A stretch of DNA of 64,000 bases from the human T2T-CHM13v2.0 reference genome, Homo sapiens (GCF_009914755.1 NC_060925.1), one strand, 5' to 3'. Shown: positions 1-13,660, counted from the first letter of the stretch. Notes: generated by a model from the sequence alone, not told the origin. A program made the numbers and translations.

Positions 1-115
1 ATTTCGGGGCAATTAAAAGCCAAAAGCTACCTTACTGCAATATTAAGTCTTAAAATGCAAAGATCAAATCATAGAGGGAGTGAGCATAAATATTCTCATT
101 CCAATAATAACTCAC

Positions 116-190
116 CTCTGTGGAATGTTCAGTGTGGTGGACTTCAGATTTGCCAGGCTTTGGATGGCAGCTTCCACCCCAGAGGGCAGT
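116..190 (-). other. Candidate internal exon (75 bp, symmetric)
   Basis: Minus-strand acceptor ctcctctgcacag|A and consensus donor GAG|GTGAGT; reads LPSGVEAAIQSLANLKSTTLNIPQ in phase 2-2. Confidence 0.6.
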
Positions 191-384
191 CTGTGCAGAG
201 GAGTTCATATGTCTGAGGATAAACCTTTACTTCCTTTCTGCATGGGCTTAAATCTGCATTCCTAATGTTGCAGGGAGTGTTTTTTTATGGTTTTGATAAA
301 TAATGGTTGATGAATGCAGAGAACATATATGAGTGAGCTAAAATACTTATTGAGTACACATCCAGTGTCAGGTTAAGTAGCATG

Positions 385-385
<1 letters not shown>

Positions 386-418
<33 letters not shown>
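386..418. repeat. Pure T33 homopolymer
   Basis: 33 uninterrupted T with no adjacent Alu or L1 body. Confidence 0.95.
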
Positions 419-421
<3 letters not shown>

Positions 422-1324
422 TCAGCACCTTCTTTCTTTGATATAGATGACATATGCTTAGCCTCATCATGTGCAGTTTTAGTTGCCTCCATGCAGATAT
501 TCTTGTCCCTAGGAATAGCCGTCATCTCTTCCCTGATGCCCTCAGCATGCCCAAACATTTTCCTCCCCATCCTTGAAATGCCCTTCCCAAAAGAGATGGC
601 AAGTATTGCAAATTCCTGAATCGGGAGTATGTATGGAAGAAACTGCTTAAGCTGGGGATTGCAGGGGGGTATCCCATATTCACCCCCCTCGACACAGGGT
701 TCCCTTAGCCTCATCCCCTCATTCTTTCCCATCCACCACCTCTGCTCCATCCATGCCTGGAGACCTCAAGGCTTTGTGGGAGACCCTCTGGAAAGCACTT
801 AAGGCCACTGGGAGGTAGGGGGGATGGTGGGAGAGGCCAGGGAACTCAGCCCTTGTCTCTGGGCTCTCCATGATGTGGCCTCAGGGCTGAGCTGTCTGCA
901 GGCCGACCACCAGACTTTAGGCTTTATCTCCCATTAGCAGCCCAGATACATTTTTTATCAGACCAACCCTCAAAGTATCAGGGTCTTGAAGAAATAACAC
1001 ATTAGGTGGGAATGCTTTGATAGAGCAAGACATTCTGAATGTTAGACCCTGCCCATGACAGTTAGAAGGCAGAAGATGCCATAGGGATGGCAGTTGGCCT
1101 AGAGCAGCCAGAGAAGAAAGTAGATGTCCTTGAAGTGCCTAATAGGGGTAGGCAGATTCTTCTCAAGAATCTGTGGGGCCTAGGCCCCCTGTTCTGGCTT
1201 TGACTTTTACCTGATTTTACTTATTTACATTCTCATAACTTGCCCTAGGAGCCAAATTCTTGGCTAAAGGGTAGTTTGAGTGCAGAGGAAGCTAATAGAT
1301 TGAGGAATGAGAAGAAGTTACAAC

Positions 1325-1400
1325 TCACTCAGTGTGTGTCCTTGGGAAGGTCACTCAGCTGCTTTGAGTCTCAGTTTCTTCATCTCCAAAATGGGGAACA
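1325..1400 (+). mobile_element. MIR fragment
   Basis: MIR core-like gtgtccttgggaaggtcact...ctcagtttcttcatctccaaaatgggg. Confidence 0.7.
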
Positions 1401-2369
1401 ATCTAGAAGAATACACAAGAAAATGATAGCATGTACTGCCCCTTTGGAGGGAAATTGGGGGCAGTGCAGGAAGGGAGACTGGCTTTTCTCTCATTCCTTT
1501 GGTACCATTCTGAATGACTGATCACATGCATACACTTTCTAAATTAAACCAACAACTGGAAGTGAGTACCTGCTCACAGGGTCCTTAGGTAAAAGCACAT
1601 AGTGAATGTAATGTGTGTCTGGGCTGTTAGGAACTGTACAAATATTTAGAGTCATAATTGGTATTATTCCCAGCAGTTGCAGGGATGTGGCAAAAAACAA
1701 AAGTCACTCCTCAATTCTGCCTGGTAGTCAAAGTGGCCTGAAATTCTTGGGAAATTTGCTCCAATGTTGGGAGGTCTTCCTGCCTCCAACCCAGAATGGC
1801 TGGATGGAGACCACTCCTAAATCCCCTCTACAACCAGGCCAGCCCCTTCACCTACTTGTGTAGTGGAGCTGAGGCTGCTGCTGGGTAACTTGAATCCTCC
1901 ATGTGTACAAATGACCCCAGGTTTCCAAGGGCTAGCGGGCCATGTCCACTCTGCTGAGCAAGTTCTGACAAGCACATTCCATCCACTGCCAGGAGGCAGG
2001 GGGGCAGCACCTTCAGTGTGAGCAGAAGGAATGGTACCTACATTTGTGGCTGCCTTTTCTTGGCCTCTGGGGCTGGGAAGAGCTTTGTATAAAATGTGTG
2101 TGAGTCTCCCTTAGTTGTTTACTGAGTCCCTATAATAAAAATAATGCTGCAAACATATTGTTCTTTATACATGAAGAGGCCAATAGCACTAATAACAATT
2201 GTTTGCATCAATAAAATATGCCATTTGAAGGATTTTTCCTGTAGTTGCATGTGGATTTCATGTCAAGAAGCATTAGTTAAGTATTTACTATGTAACCGAC
2301 ATAGTGCTGGAGGGGAAAAAGAAGTGTACCAACTGGTTCTTATCCTAAAAGAGTTTCTTCACGAACCTT

Positions 2370-2550
2370 AGAGCACTGAAGTCCTGCTCTGCTTAGCCAA
2401 GTGGCAGGGCAAGTCACAGAGCTTCATGAGCCTCAGGATCCTGGTCTCTAAGACGGGAAGACAATGATGATAACATCAACTGCCCTCACCATTCAGTGTG
2501 GTTGTGAAAGTCAAATACTAATATATATGAGAGTTCTTTGTAAACTGAAA
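2370..2550 (+). mobile_element. MIR fragment
   Basis: ggcaagtcac...gagcctcag...gttgtgaaagtcaaat...ctttgtaaactgaaa, degenerate MIR core and 3' part. Confidence 0.6.
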
Positions 2551-3044
2551 ATGTCCTGCAAAGTTGAATTTTCAAAAATAATAGTAATTAAATGCTAAAC
2601 TGAAAACCAGAAAGTGACAAAATGCAGGTACTATTAGAAAGGAGAGAGATCAATGCTGGTTATGTTTTATCAGAGTGGGGGACGGGGCGGGGGGGGGATA
2701 TCATGGAGGAGATAGAGGCTGTGCCAGCTCCTGGGCTGTGTGTGATTACATGGAGGGCTGGACATTCTGGTGGGGAAAAGGGCAAGTTGGGGTGAGCTAC
2801 ATAGGTTGGAAAAGCCAGAGCAGAGGTACAGAGGCCAACAGGTACAGAGTTCGAGATGGGTATGGCAGCGAAGAAGGCTTCTAAGGAAGAGTGGGAACTG
2901 AGGTGGCACAGGAAAGATTAGTGAGATCACAGGGGGCTTTGAAAGCCTAACATGGGGTTGGTGTAACAGCCTCAAGGAGGCCCTGAAAGTTGTGAGCAGA
3001 GGAGACCTGACAGCCTCACTCTTTCAGTGGCCACATTCTCTTAC

Positions 3045-3229
3045 CTGATCTTGCTTGTGATGGAAAGTACACCCTACCAGAGCTCGGGATTACGCAGGAT
3101 TAAGCTCCCACCCATGGGCTCACTGGTAATCTGCCCCAACCGGTCAGGCAGAGCAATCACAGATACCACAATTAAAAAAACTTTTATTAATAGCATCCGT
3201 TCTCCCTTAGACAAAAATCTAATTATAAA
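3045..3229 (-). other. Candidate internal exon (185 bp) containing in-frame TAG at 3074-3076
   Basis: Acceptor ttctttctgattggtttggtgatatttcatttcag| and strong donor CAG|GTAAGA; alternative in-frame acceptor at 3130; encodes hydrophobic MLLIKVFLIVVSVIAL. Confidence 0.55.
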
Positions 3230-4567
3230 CTGAAATGAAATATCACCAAACCAATCAGAAAGAAATGGCTATTTATCTCTTGATCCCTTGGGAATAGGGG
3301 GTGAGGGATAAAAACAGGATGCAATCAGTTCTCCCTCCTTCGAACTGGCACCCAGATGGGCTTGGGTTTATTTATGATTGGTGAAAGTCCAATGAATATC
3401 CTACACTTACAACTCAGTTTAGTTTTTTAAAGGCTTCTGAAAACATTTCTTCCTTCAATCTACTGTAATTTGTAGAGGGGAGGGATTTCTTGCCCTATTT
3501 CACAGATGAATAATCTTTTCATAGTAAAAGTTTGTTCCAAATTTGTTCAAAATTGTAAAGCTGGTTAGTGGCCAATGGCACACAGGGCTCTAGTTTTCCA
3601 CTTCCCCAGTGAGATGCTTTCTGCGCTAAAGTTACTCCTAAAATGCAACAATGAGGGCAGCAAGCAGTGGCAACCAATCCCCTTCGCAGTTTACAAAGCC
3701 TCCCATTTCTCAAACTCTGTGAGGTATGGGGTTCCCCTCCAGCTTTGGATCCTTATACAACTGTAGCTCTCTCTCACCCCACCCCCATCCACTGCTCCCT
3801 ACCCCATCTCCTGGCCTCTATTCAACATTGTTGCCCTGGGGAAACCTTCCTTGACCTCATTACAGGTCAGAGCCCCTGCTCTGTGCCCTTCACCATACCT
3901 ACATTGTCACCACAACCCATAATCTGCAGTAGGGTAATTGTTTAATCATTGTTCTTCCTTTCTAGATGGAATCTATTCCCATCATGGCATCCTCTGCATC
4001 TGGGACATATTTTGCCCTTGGGAAATATGTGCTGAATTAACAAATGAACATGTTTATAGATGAAGAAGCTCTGAGGCTCACTGAAATTAAATGACTCATC
4101 TAAGGTCTCATACCTAATAAAAGATCATGTGCCAATTCCTCTATCTCTAAATAGCCAGTTTTCCTTCTGCTCTGCCACACTACTTTAGGTTCACACAGAT
4201 CATGTTGGTCAGCTGGAAAGAGATATCCAGGAAAATAAAGTCTGCCAGTTGAAATGTCAATATTTTGGGTTTGGAGAGCTCTTTCAGCTTGGGCAGTATG
4301 CTCAAATACCAGGTATTCTTGGGTGCTCCTGAGTAGATCTCTTTTGGAGACTGGCTACTTTTTAATCTCCAGTGAGGCTGTCAGGACTAAGAAACAGAGA
4401 TGAGAGCAGCTGAGGCTCGACTTCCAAGGAACACCAGTCTCAAATGGACATCAAGCTTTGTTTTCATGGGGTGCCATGTTGAATATCAAGATTACATCAC
4501 TTGGAAGTGAGACTACCCTTGTTGGAAAGCCCTGATTGGCTGTGTTTCTGACTTCTTGGTGTTCTTG

Positions 4568-4868
4568 ATTTTTAATTTTTAAAAAATATACAGGGTCTCA
4601 CTCTGTCACCCAGGCTAGTGTGCAGTGGCACAATCACTGTAACCTTGATTTCTTGGGCGCAGGCAATCCTCCTGCCTCAGCTTCCCAAATAGCTGGGACT
4701 ACAGGCATGCACCACCACATCTGCCTAATTTATTATTATTATTACTTTAGTAGAGACAGGGTCTTCCTATGTTGCCCAGGCTGGTCTTGAACTCCTGGCC
4801 TGAAGTTATCCTCCTGCCTCAGCTTCCCAAAGTGCTGAGAGTACAGGCATGAGACACTGTGCTTGGCC
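4568..4868 (-). mobile_element. AluJ-type SINE
   Basis: Diverged dimeric Alu (cagggtctcactctgtcacccaggct...gttgcccaggctggtcttgaactcctggcc...gcttggcc). Confidence 0.9.
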
Positions 4869-4975
4869 TCTTTGTGCTCTTCAATTGATATGATTTTATT
4901 TGGTAACTTCTGCCTGCAAAGTCAACTGAGTAGAGTATGTGTGTATTTGTGGGGGGCGGGGGGCTGGCTCACTAC

Positions 4976-5119
4976 CTCACTGCTATTACTGTAAAAAGAC
5001 CTCCCTGCTTTTTTCTGGAGGGAGGAACTTCCTTTGCTGGCTTTTTCTTCCTTCACTGATTCTGGGTTGTTGACACCATTGTGGCCAAGGAAGCCAGGAA
5101 CTTCCATTTCCATTCTCTG
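4976..5119 (-). other. Candidate internal exon with tandem NAGNAG acceptor and GYNGYN donor
   Basis: tgtacag|CAG|AGA ATG; donors GAG|gtagtg or GTA|gtgagc, all phase 0; open frame QRMEMEVPGFLGHNG...SNSSE. Confidence 0.4.
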
Positions 5120-5323
5120 CTGTACAGCAGCAAATTATTCAATTCAACTCACATTTGTTGAGTACCTACTATGTGCATGAAGAACTTCTCTCTCTTCTAA
5201 CGCTTTCCCAGATAATGCTGCCTAGTGAGAAGTAGAAAACTTGCCAGCTATCTGGGTAAGGAAATCAAAATTGAACTTTTCTTCTTTTGATAGACACTTT
5301 AGGAATAAAGTCAAGGAATTTAC

Positions 5324-5496
5324 TTTTTTGTTGTTGGGGAACTGGACAAGCACAGGCGAAGTACCATAAGGCATGATTAGTTCAGTGTCCCAAGGGAAAT
5401 TCAAACAAATGCTTATGGAAGTAGCAAGGAGGGAGACGTTAATTCCAGTGAGGAATCCAGGGCAGACTTCGATGAGGGTGTGATTTGAGTTGGCAC
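5324..5496 (-). other. Candidate internal exon (173 bp)
   Basis: Good acceptor ttaaacattctatgcaccttgcag|GT; weak donor AAA|gtaaat; open frame ending phase 0. Confidence 0.35.
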
Positions 5497-6374
5497 CTGC
5501 AAGGTGCATAGAATGTTTAAAGGCAGCAGGGACGGGAAAGAAAGGTGATTCCAGGCTGCTCAAGAAACCCAGCTGGCTCAGAGAAAGAATCCAGTCAAAG
5601 TGGCCCGTGCTCCAACTCAGCTCTAGAGGCCTCCAACCTCCCGATGTTAAGGCTTCAACACTAAAACAGCTTGCTCCACCCGACCCCCTCTCCCAGGGCC
5701 TTCTCGCAGCCACTGCTTTAATTGCCATGGCATTCCAGGGACCACTCCAGCCCCTGATGGGGATTTTTCAAGGTTCTGGCCGTAGGAGGAGGCTGCTCCT
5801 GATGTTCTCTCCCTCCATACATCATAACATGTTATGACTTGAGTGTCCGGGGATAGGGCCATAGGCAGGAGTGACTGATGACATATTGGGCTTAAGGACA
5901 TTGGGGGCTACAATTTCAAATTGTTTTCACATTTGACTATGAAGGCAGATTACTGTGTTAAGGGAACTTGAGTGTATAGTGAATTTTCTGCCTCCTCCCT
6001 GTCCCTCACCCTCACCCCAACTACATTTTATCTCTTTGTGCAGCATATCCTTACATTTGATGATAATTCTGACTTCAAACTGGGTGTCACAAGGCCCTGG
6101 GTAACCAAAGCCAGTTCCACCTGGCTCACGTTCAAAGGGATCCCTCTTTCCCTGCCCCCTCACCCACAATCAGCCTGCCAACATTTAGCACAAAGTTTGT
6201 GGAAACCAAATGACATTCTATCCTAAGAGTCAAGCCTAGATCGGTCCGTGGTCAGAGGCTGCACAGTGGAAGCCCAGGAGGCAGCTGCCACCAGAGAGTG
6301 GATTGTGTTTGATCTGCAGCTTTCAGTCTACGCTCTCACCCAGCTTGTGTGACCCTCTCAGATGGACCAGCCTG

Positions 6375-6580
6375 GGTCAAAGCCTGGTCCCACCACACAC
6401 TGGCTTCTGAATATGGAAAGTCCCCTTCCCTCTCTGTGCCTTAGTTTCCTCAACTATAAAAGGGGGATAAGAATAGAACCTCTGTCGTAGGATTATTGTG
6501 GGAACCAGATGAGTTAAATACTCTGTGTGACGTGGGTGAAACAGTGCCTGGCACAGAGCACATCTTCAGTGCATGTTGGC
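6375..6580 (+). mobile_element. MIR
   Basis: ctctgtgccttagtttcctcaactataaaaggggataag...acagtgcctggcacagag. Confidence 0.8.
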
Positions 6581-8758
6581 TTCACCTGTCAGGCACCCTG
6601 TAGGCATCTGAGCTTGTGACCTCTGCTGGGGCCCAATGCTGAGGAGCTCGAGTATGCAAAAGGGAAGACAGTGATGAATCCTGTGTGCATGATGGAAAGA
6701 CGCCACTGTTCCATTATTTCAGAGCAAGTGAGGAATGCTCAGGCCTGTAAAACTGACGCAAAGCGCCCTCTAAATAGGTGGGAAAAGGAGGATTTGTTAG
6801 CCCAGGGGCCATTTTCTGGAATCATCTGTAGTGCGGAGATATCATAGTTGAAAATTTCTTTCCTTCTCTACCACCTCACCTCCCTGACAATGCTTGCTCA
6901 CTGATAGTACAGAGGCTGCTCCTGTCTGCTTTCCCACTTGACATTAAGCTATTACAGAGCTTTCTCCTCTGGGTATCCCCAGGGTCTGGTTCAGTGCTGG
7001 CACATATTAGATGTACAATAAATGCTTTTTGATTAAGTAATTGACTGGTTATGATCTGGGGAGATGAGAAAGAACCAGAGTGAAGAGTATCTCTGTGAGG
7101 GCTATGCTATGTCCATGGGCCAGGAAGCCCACATTCACTTCTGGCACCCCAAGCTCTCATACTTATGCAAGCTTCTTGTAGGCCCCTGCAGAGCCAGGTG
7201 ATGGGTTGGGATAGCAGGGTAGGTCTCCAGCAGGGTGAGGGGACCAGGACCCGGGCCTGGGCAGAGCAGGAAGGCCTTGCAATGGGCTGAGCTTTCACAA
7301 TTGGGGTTGCAGCTCAAAGCAGCAGCTTATGGCTCAGGTAAGTTGGTCGGACATCTGGGGAGCCAGCCGAACAAGGGTGAAGCAGGACTCAGGGATTCCA
7401 GAATGGCACAGCCACAGCCTGAGCAGTGGGTGAAGAGATGGCCGCACTAGCGAGCAGAGATCCCAGCACAGACTAATCCCAGGAATGGGCTTTTCTCACA
7501 GCTCTCAATGAGAGGGGCGGGGCTTGCAGCTAGGTGCTTGCAGGCTCCTGGGTGGTAGGTGGTAGGTCCTTGAGGGTGGAATCTGTGCCTGCATATTGTT
7601 TTGTTTTTGGAAAATTCCCCAAAGCCTCTAGTGTAGTGTCAGGTACACACAGAAGAGCTTGAGAACTGTGTATGGAAAAAAATGGAAGCAGCCAGAGTCA
7701 TGTCCGGGCAGCTTCTGCCATGTAAAGCAAAGCCGCCAGGCCTCCTAGGAGTCCTCAAAATTCTCTTTATGCAAAGAGGAGTTGCAGATGACTGACCGAA
7801 AGTAAGTGATACACCCTGACAGTGCCTGGGAGACAGGAGTGAGAATTACCAACTGGAGAGAGTCTAGACCTTCCATGAAGCTACTGCTTCTTGTACCTGC
7901 CAACTGAGATGAATTGGCAAAGATACTGTATAGCCATACGCTAGGAGTCTTTGAAGCAATAACAAACCTTAACTGAAATGAGAAATCAGAGTTTAGGAAA
8001 GAGATTTCCCAGTTCATTTCTTCTCTGGGGTCTCACGTCACATTACAGGGTCTCCTCCCTGGGCATTGGCCGACCTCACACGTTGCCACTGGAAGGCCTC
8101 CTGCCCCACTCCCTACCCTTCTTCTCCCTCTTCCCTTGTCTTCTTCTCACATACACAGTGTCTGTTCAGAGACAGAGGACAGCCAAAGCCATTGGAGGCC
8201 TTTTCTCATCTCCTTTCCCCATCCCAGGGCACAACTGTTTTGAGAAAGTCTATGAGTTGAAACATAGGACCCAGGCATAGGAGTTCCATGTCAGTGTGAC
8301 AGGGCTGGGCATTCCTTCTACAGAAGCACACATGTTTATGAACCTATGTTTAATAAGTGGCAACTGTGTGCCAGACACTGTGCACTGGAAATGCAATGAT
8401 GGAATAGTGAAGTCAAAGAGTGCTTGGGGAGGGTCAAACATTACCAAGGGCCCCACAGGGTTATCAAGAAAATAAGAGACTTAGATTTCATCTCCTTTGA
8501 AAAGTCTACAGCCTAGGGCCAGGATAAGTGCTCTATCTCTGTGTCCCTGTCATGACACCTATCATAGCTTTTATAACACTGTGTTATAACTGCCTCTTGA
8601 CCTATCTGTCTGCCAAAATGACTGCAATCCCCTGAGAAACAGAATGGCTTCTTATTCATCAGTGGTGGCAGCTGCAGATTTCCTTTGCAGGAGCTGGTGA
8701 AGAGCACTTAGCTCTTCGTGGAGACCTCAATTTCTTCTTCTATAAAATAGGGATGTTA

Positions 8759-8979
8759 CAGGTTGAATATCCCTAATCTGAAAATCCAAAACCCAAATGC
8801 TCCAAAATCTAAAAGTTTTTGAGTGCTGATAGGACACTGAAATGCACATTGGATTTTAAATTAGGGATGCTGAACTGGTAATTCCAGTATAATAAAAATA
8901 TTCTAAAATCTGAAAAAAAAAATCTGAAATCCAAAACATGTCTAATCCCAAGTATTTTGGATAAGAAATACTCAACCTG
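8759..8979. mobile_element. Tigger4/MER46-like non-autonomous TcMar DNA transposon inserted in a MIR
   Basis: TIRs caggttgaatat.../...atactcaacctg flanked by TA duplications; MIR sequence continues on both sides (about 8700-9080). Confidence 0.85.
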
Positions 8980-9339
8980 TAGTAGTACCTATTTTGTTCA
9001 GTTGACATGAGGGTTAGGTAAGGGAAAATAGGTAAAGTGCTTAATGTTATCCCCAGCACAGATAGAGCACCATAAATGTTGCTGTTGTTAGCTGTTGCTT
9101 CCTACTCAGTTATACCAAGAAGGGGCTTTAGTTTACCCCCAAATATTTTCTATCTCAAGCATCCAAATAATCCCGAATCTCTAGGGCAACGAGAGGTAGT
9201 ATTTAATATCTTTTATAAAAGCATAAGATCAAATGCATCAAATAAGAGACCAGACAGGAAAAGGTATGCCACTTAATATGTGTATTATCTTCAAGAAAGG
9301 AAAATGACTTTATAAGTATGTTGATAAAAATGAGGGGAA

Positions 9340-9930
9340 AGGAAAGCAGTTTGGCAACTCCTCAAAAAAGGTAAAGGTAGAATTACCATATGATCCAGCA
9401 ATTCCATTCCTAGGTTTATGCCCAAAAGAACTGAAAACAGGTATTCAAACAAATCCTTGTTCACAGCACACTATTCACAATAGCCACAAGGTGGAAACAA
9501 CACAGATGTCGGTCAACGAATAAACAGATAAACTCTTATGGTATATGCACACAATGGAATATGATTCAGCCATAAAAAGGAATGAAGTACCAATACATGC
9601 TACAACATACATCAACCCTGAAAACACATTAAGTGGAAAAGGCCAGTAGCAAAAGGTCACATATTGTATAATTCCATTAATATGAAATATCTAGAATAAG
9701 CAACTCCATAGAGGTAGGATGCAGATTGGTGGTTGCTGGGGACCGGGAAGAGGGAACAAGAAGAAGAAATTGCTTAATGGTTATGGGGTTTTATTTTGGG
9801 GTGATGAAAATGTTTTGAAACTAGATGGAGGGGTGATTGCACAATATTCTGAATGTACTAAATGCCACTAAGCTATTCACTTTAAAATGGTTAATTTTAT
9901 GTAACATAAATTTCACCTCAATTAAAAAAA
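9340..9930 (+). mobile_element. L1MB-type 3' end
   Basis: agaattaccatatgatccagcaattccattcctagg...cagccataaaaaggaatgaagtac...ttcacctcaattaaaaaaa. Confidence 0.9.
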
Positions 9931-12900
9931 TGCAAGAGGAAATAACAAAATTTCTTGAAAACTAATAGATGTCACATGGAAAAGAATGGCAGAGTTTCCC
10001 TTATTAATTGTTTGAGAAATATAAAATGTTGTCTGTGATCTCTTTACTGTGTATTTATTCATTAATTCCAATGCCAAGTGTTGAATGACCACATGCCCAG
10101 TAGTTTAAGTACTTTTCCCCTTTTACCCTCAGGCCCTACCTTGAAGGAATAATATTTTATAAACCACCAAAATCTTATTCCTGGAAAATGTCAGTCAGGA
10201 GCATCCGAACTTCTTCCTCTGTGGCACATGCTCTGTGACTGTGTCTCCTCCCTTGTTCCAGACAGTGTGGAGGACTGCAGTGCCTCTGTCTGGAAATGAG
10301 GTGTTCTTTCCATGGCCAGCTTTGGGAAGCTGTGCTATCCACCCACTGAAAATAGTCAAAACCCAGCTCTTTCCTCAAAGAGGTCAATGATGTCCTTATG
10401 CAAAACCAAGAAAAGCACAGTCTTTGGAAATCGGCAAGGCACCCAGTAAAGTACTGCTTTCTTCCTGTACTTGTGAAGGCTTTGGTCCAAGTGTCTTGCA
10501 GGGCAAGATCTGAGTTTCTAATTTGGAAACTAGGAAAGCTCTGAGCAGGCTGCATCTGGTGGGGTGGTATGCAAGTGTGTTCCCCTTTCCCAGTGGAGTT
10601 TCATTATGGAATGATGTGGGTCACCCATGTAATGAGATGGGAAGCTTTTATCTAGGCCACTGTTATGCTGTGCTGGCAACTGCTACTCAGCAGATTGTGG
10701 GCCTTGGGCAGGAGGGAAGTTTCAGGTCAGGAGTGGAAGGTAGGGAGAGAGAAAGGAGGGTGGAAGCCATCAGTCATTTACAAGAAAGGGGTTTCATAGA
10801 TAAGCTAAGTCTGCAGGACTGGCCTTAAGAGTAACTTATTCTCTTTTGTTATTGACACATCTCCCTAACATAATGTTGAAGAAACTACATATGTTTCTGG
10901 TAGGGGTGGGCAGGATTGTATGCCTTAAATTCTTAGCACCACCATTCAACAAGCGGTTACTGAGAGCCTAGCATGCACACTGAAAATCTGTGGGAGCCAA
11001 GAAAGTTTCGATGGACGTTTGTTTACTGTGGGTTCCAAATCACTTGGAAGGTCACTTTGACCCCAGCATTAGTTTCTGGGTGGTTTCAGGCCAGTGTGCA
11101 TGAGTGGCTGTCTGGAACTTGCAGGCTACAGCCAGGGCTTTGGTACATGATAATCACATGCAGAGAGGCTTTTGAAAGCTGGCACTTTGGCCCATGGGGC
11201 TGCAGAGGAATCACAGGTTAGAAACCATGAGCAGATGGATGCACATTTAATATCTTACTTGAGTTGGGGAGGAACAAGAAGCTCTTGACTCAGAGTGCAG
11301 CATTCTTTTCTCTTATTTATGGTGGCCACTGTCACATGTCATTTAAGTTAATACACAGCATATCCACTATACTATTCTGTTCCCATAATACTAAGCTCAT
11401 GGGTCTTCCCTGTTCCCACGGCCTTTTTCCCTTCCCCTGCCCTTGACCCTCTTTCCCTGCCCCTACACCACCTCTGAACCTGTGGCCCACAGCTCTTTTC
11501 CCTGTCAGGACAATGTGAAGACTAAACATACTATCACATGCGACTATCCTTATTGTTATTATTTGTATGTTATTTTCCTCTCTTCTGCCAATTTTCTTTT
11601 TATGACTTGCCTGGGAAACTAAAAAAAAAATGCTGATGGGCTTTTCTGAAGACTATCCAGCTTGAAATTAGGGTTGTATTTGAGGAGAATAAAATGTAAC
11701 TGAAAAACATCCCATCGGGAGAAAGCTATAGTCAAGAGCAAGGGCATGTCTGCAGTGGCTTCTAAATACAATCATCTCTTCAATTTTGACCAAGAACTAC
11801 AGCAATGGTTAGGTTTTGTTTTATTTCTTAGTGACAAACTCCATGGAGCGGCTTGCTCACAATCGTGGGAGCAAGTCTCTTCCCAGGGGTGGGGATTGGG
11901 TTTGGATGCCGCCATGTCCCTTGGGAGTTGCCTCTGAGAAAGAAATTTTGTGTTTGTGTGAGGTTCGTTTTGGAACTTAGCTGCCCTTTCCTGGTCTCCA
12001 TTAAATGTCCACTCATGTCCCCAGATGATGCTCTGTTCAGATGGCTCAGACTGATGTGGCGGAAAAGCTAGAAACCTGGCCTGGGCTCTGGCCCTGGGGA
12101 TTGTCTTTCAAAGAATTTGCACTCGATTTTCCTTTTGCTGTCCAGGGAGGGAAAAAGTCTATCATGCTACTGTCTTTATCTCCCTTACTGTGTCTGTGAC
12201 GAGTCTCCTGAAAGCCCATTATTCACCTGGAACCCTTCTCACTGAATGGTAAGTTACATATCGATATTGGATATGTAATTTCAACTAATCCACTGGTCTC
12301 TAGCTCATTCTTATCTCTGAGGTGAAACACTCTTCCTGACAAGTTTGAGGAAACACTAAAAGGATTTTAGTTAATTAAGGCACCCAATGTTGTTTCTCTT
12401 CTTGAGGGGTCTTTGGGAACTCCTGAGAAAACTTTAAGGATTGAAACTGAGGAAACAGAAGAGACGAGGGTGGTATGGAGGTTGCCTTAAAAGTTGAGAA
12501 CTACCTGCATCCCTTGAGGGTCTGCCCCTAGTTTGTCCTGGAGGCCACTTGGGGAGGATTGGAACTTGAGGTACAATTTTCATTTCACCTTTCCACAGGC
12601 ATTTGAATGCCTAGCTGTGTCCTTGTGTGTGAGATACAAAAGGTGATAGAGACCCTGGATAGTATTGGGTATTCCTGGGCAGAGGCAGATGGAACTTGGA
12701 TTCTGGTCCCTCCATTAACCAGCTCTGTGACTGGGCCCACACTTCCCCTCCCTGAACTGTAGTTTGCTCATCTGTGAAGTGAAGGGGTGGGGCTGGCTCT
12801 TCTCGGAAGTGTTTTTCCATTTGAAGTCTCTGAATCTGTGGTTACTTCCTCTTTTTCATCAACAGCTTAGCCTCTATTAGAACTCTGTTTACTTGAAGGT

Positions 12901-13039
12901 TTTTGACGTTGGCATAACATTCCAACTTCATGGGGTTGGAATAAGTCAGGATTCCCTGGTTGGGACAGGGAAAAATCACAAATATACCCAAGTCATTGAC
13001 TAATGCTCAGATTCAGGGCCATTGGATTAAATGGGTTAA

Positions 13040-13205
13040 ACCAGCACCTTGGTGAGAATTAGAAAAAAGCATCCCCTCCATGTGGACTCAGCTGCAAGTG
13101 GGGTGGGTCTAAGGCCTAGCAGGTGGAATATTGGTGCTTTCAGCTCCAAAGACTCCCAGGAGTCCTTGTGCAGTACACAACCTGCACAAGCAATAGCAGA
13201 GCATT
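13040..13205. mobile_element. hAT-Tip100 MITE (MER91-like)
   Basis: gtgagaattagaaaaaagcatcccc...ccttgtgcagtacacaacctgcacaa resembles recalled MER91 termini. Confidence 0.55.
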
Positions 13206-13409
13206 GACTTCTTTGGGCTCTGACCATTTTAGCTAAGGAGGACAAAAGAGGCCAGAGTAGATGCATGTGATTGATATCATGGAAGGAGACTTATCATTAC
13301 TGCCTTAAAATATGTCATACAATAGGAAAGCTGCAAGTCTGGGCTGAAGATGCTGCCCAGAGCTTACACCTACACAGTCCGTCTAATTTTGGTAGTTTCA
13401 AGAGGCAAG

Positions 13410-13660
13410 ATTAGAAATAACAATAAAACCCCTTACATTTTTATAGAGTCTTACAATTTATGTAGCACATTAAATGTACTTTCCTTTTCAATTTGATTCT
13501 GATTCTAACCATTGCCCTGGTGAGTAATAATTATCCCCATTTTAAATATAAGGGAAATGAAGCTGAGAGATTCAAGAACTTGTTCAAGGTCAGCTAATAA
13601 GCAGTTAAGCCAGGAACTGAACCCATGTATGTCTAGCTCCAAGCTCAAGGTTTTTTCTTC
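13410..13660 (-). mobile_element. MIR
   Basis: attatccccattttaaat...gaaatgaagctgagaga...aaggtcagct...gaactgaacccatg. Confidence 0.75.

Larger units (their letters stand above)
116..5496 (-). pseudogene. Candidate spliced gene remnant (unitary pseudogene or lncRNA); 4 phase-compatible exons with one in-frame TAG; continues beyond left edge
   Basis: GT-AG exons 5324-5496, 4976-5119, 3045-3229 and 116-190 join in one frame: ...MPYGTSPVLVQFPNNKK|QRMEMEVPGFLGHNG...SNSSE|FIIRFLSKGERMLLIKVFLIVVSVIALPDRLGQITSEPMGGSLILRNPELW*GVLSITSKIR|LPSGVEAAIQSLANLKSTTLNIPQ(R). No protein family recognised. Confidence 0.4.

Noticed and set aside
285-750. Poly-lysine ORFs
   Set aside because: The poly-K comes from the T33 run, and there is no supporting exon structure or homology.
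116-3229. Faint resemblance of LSITS...AIQSLANLKS...IPQR to recalled HHLA1 or PGLYRP2 segments
   Set aside because: Short, from memory only and explainable by generic amphipathic composition. No gene symbol is assigned without a profile search.
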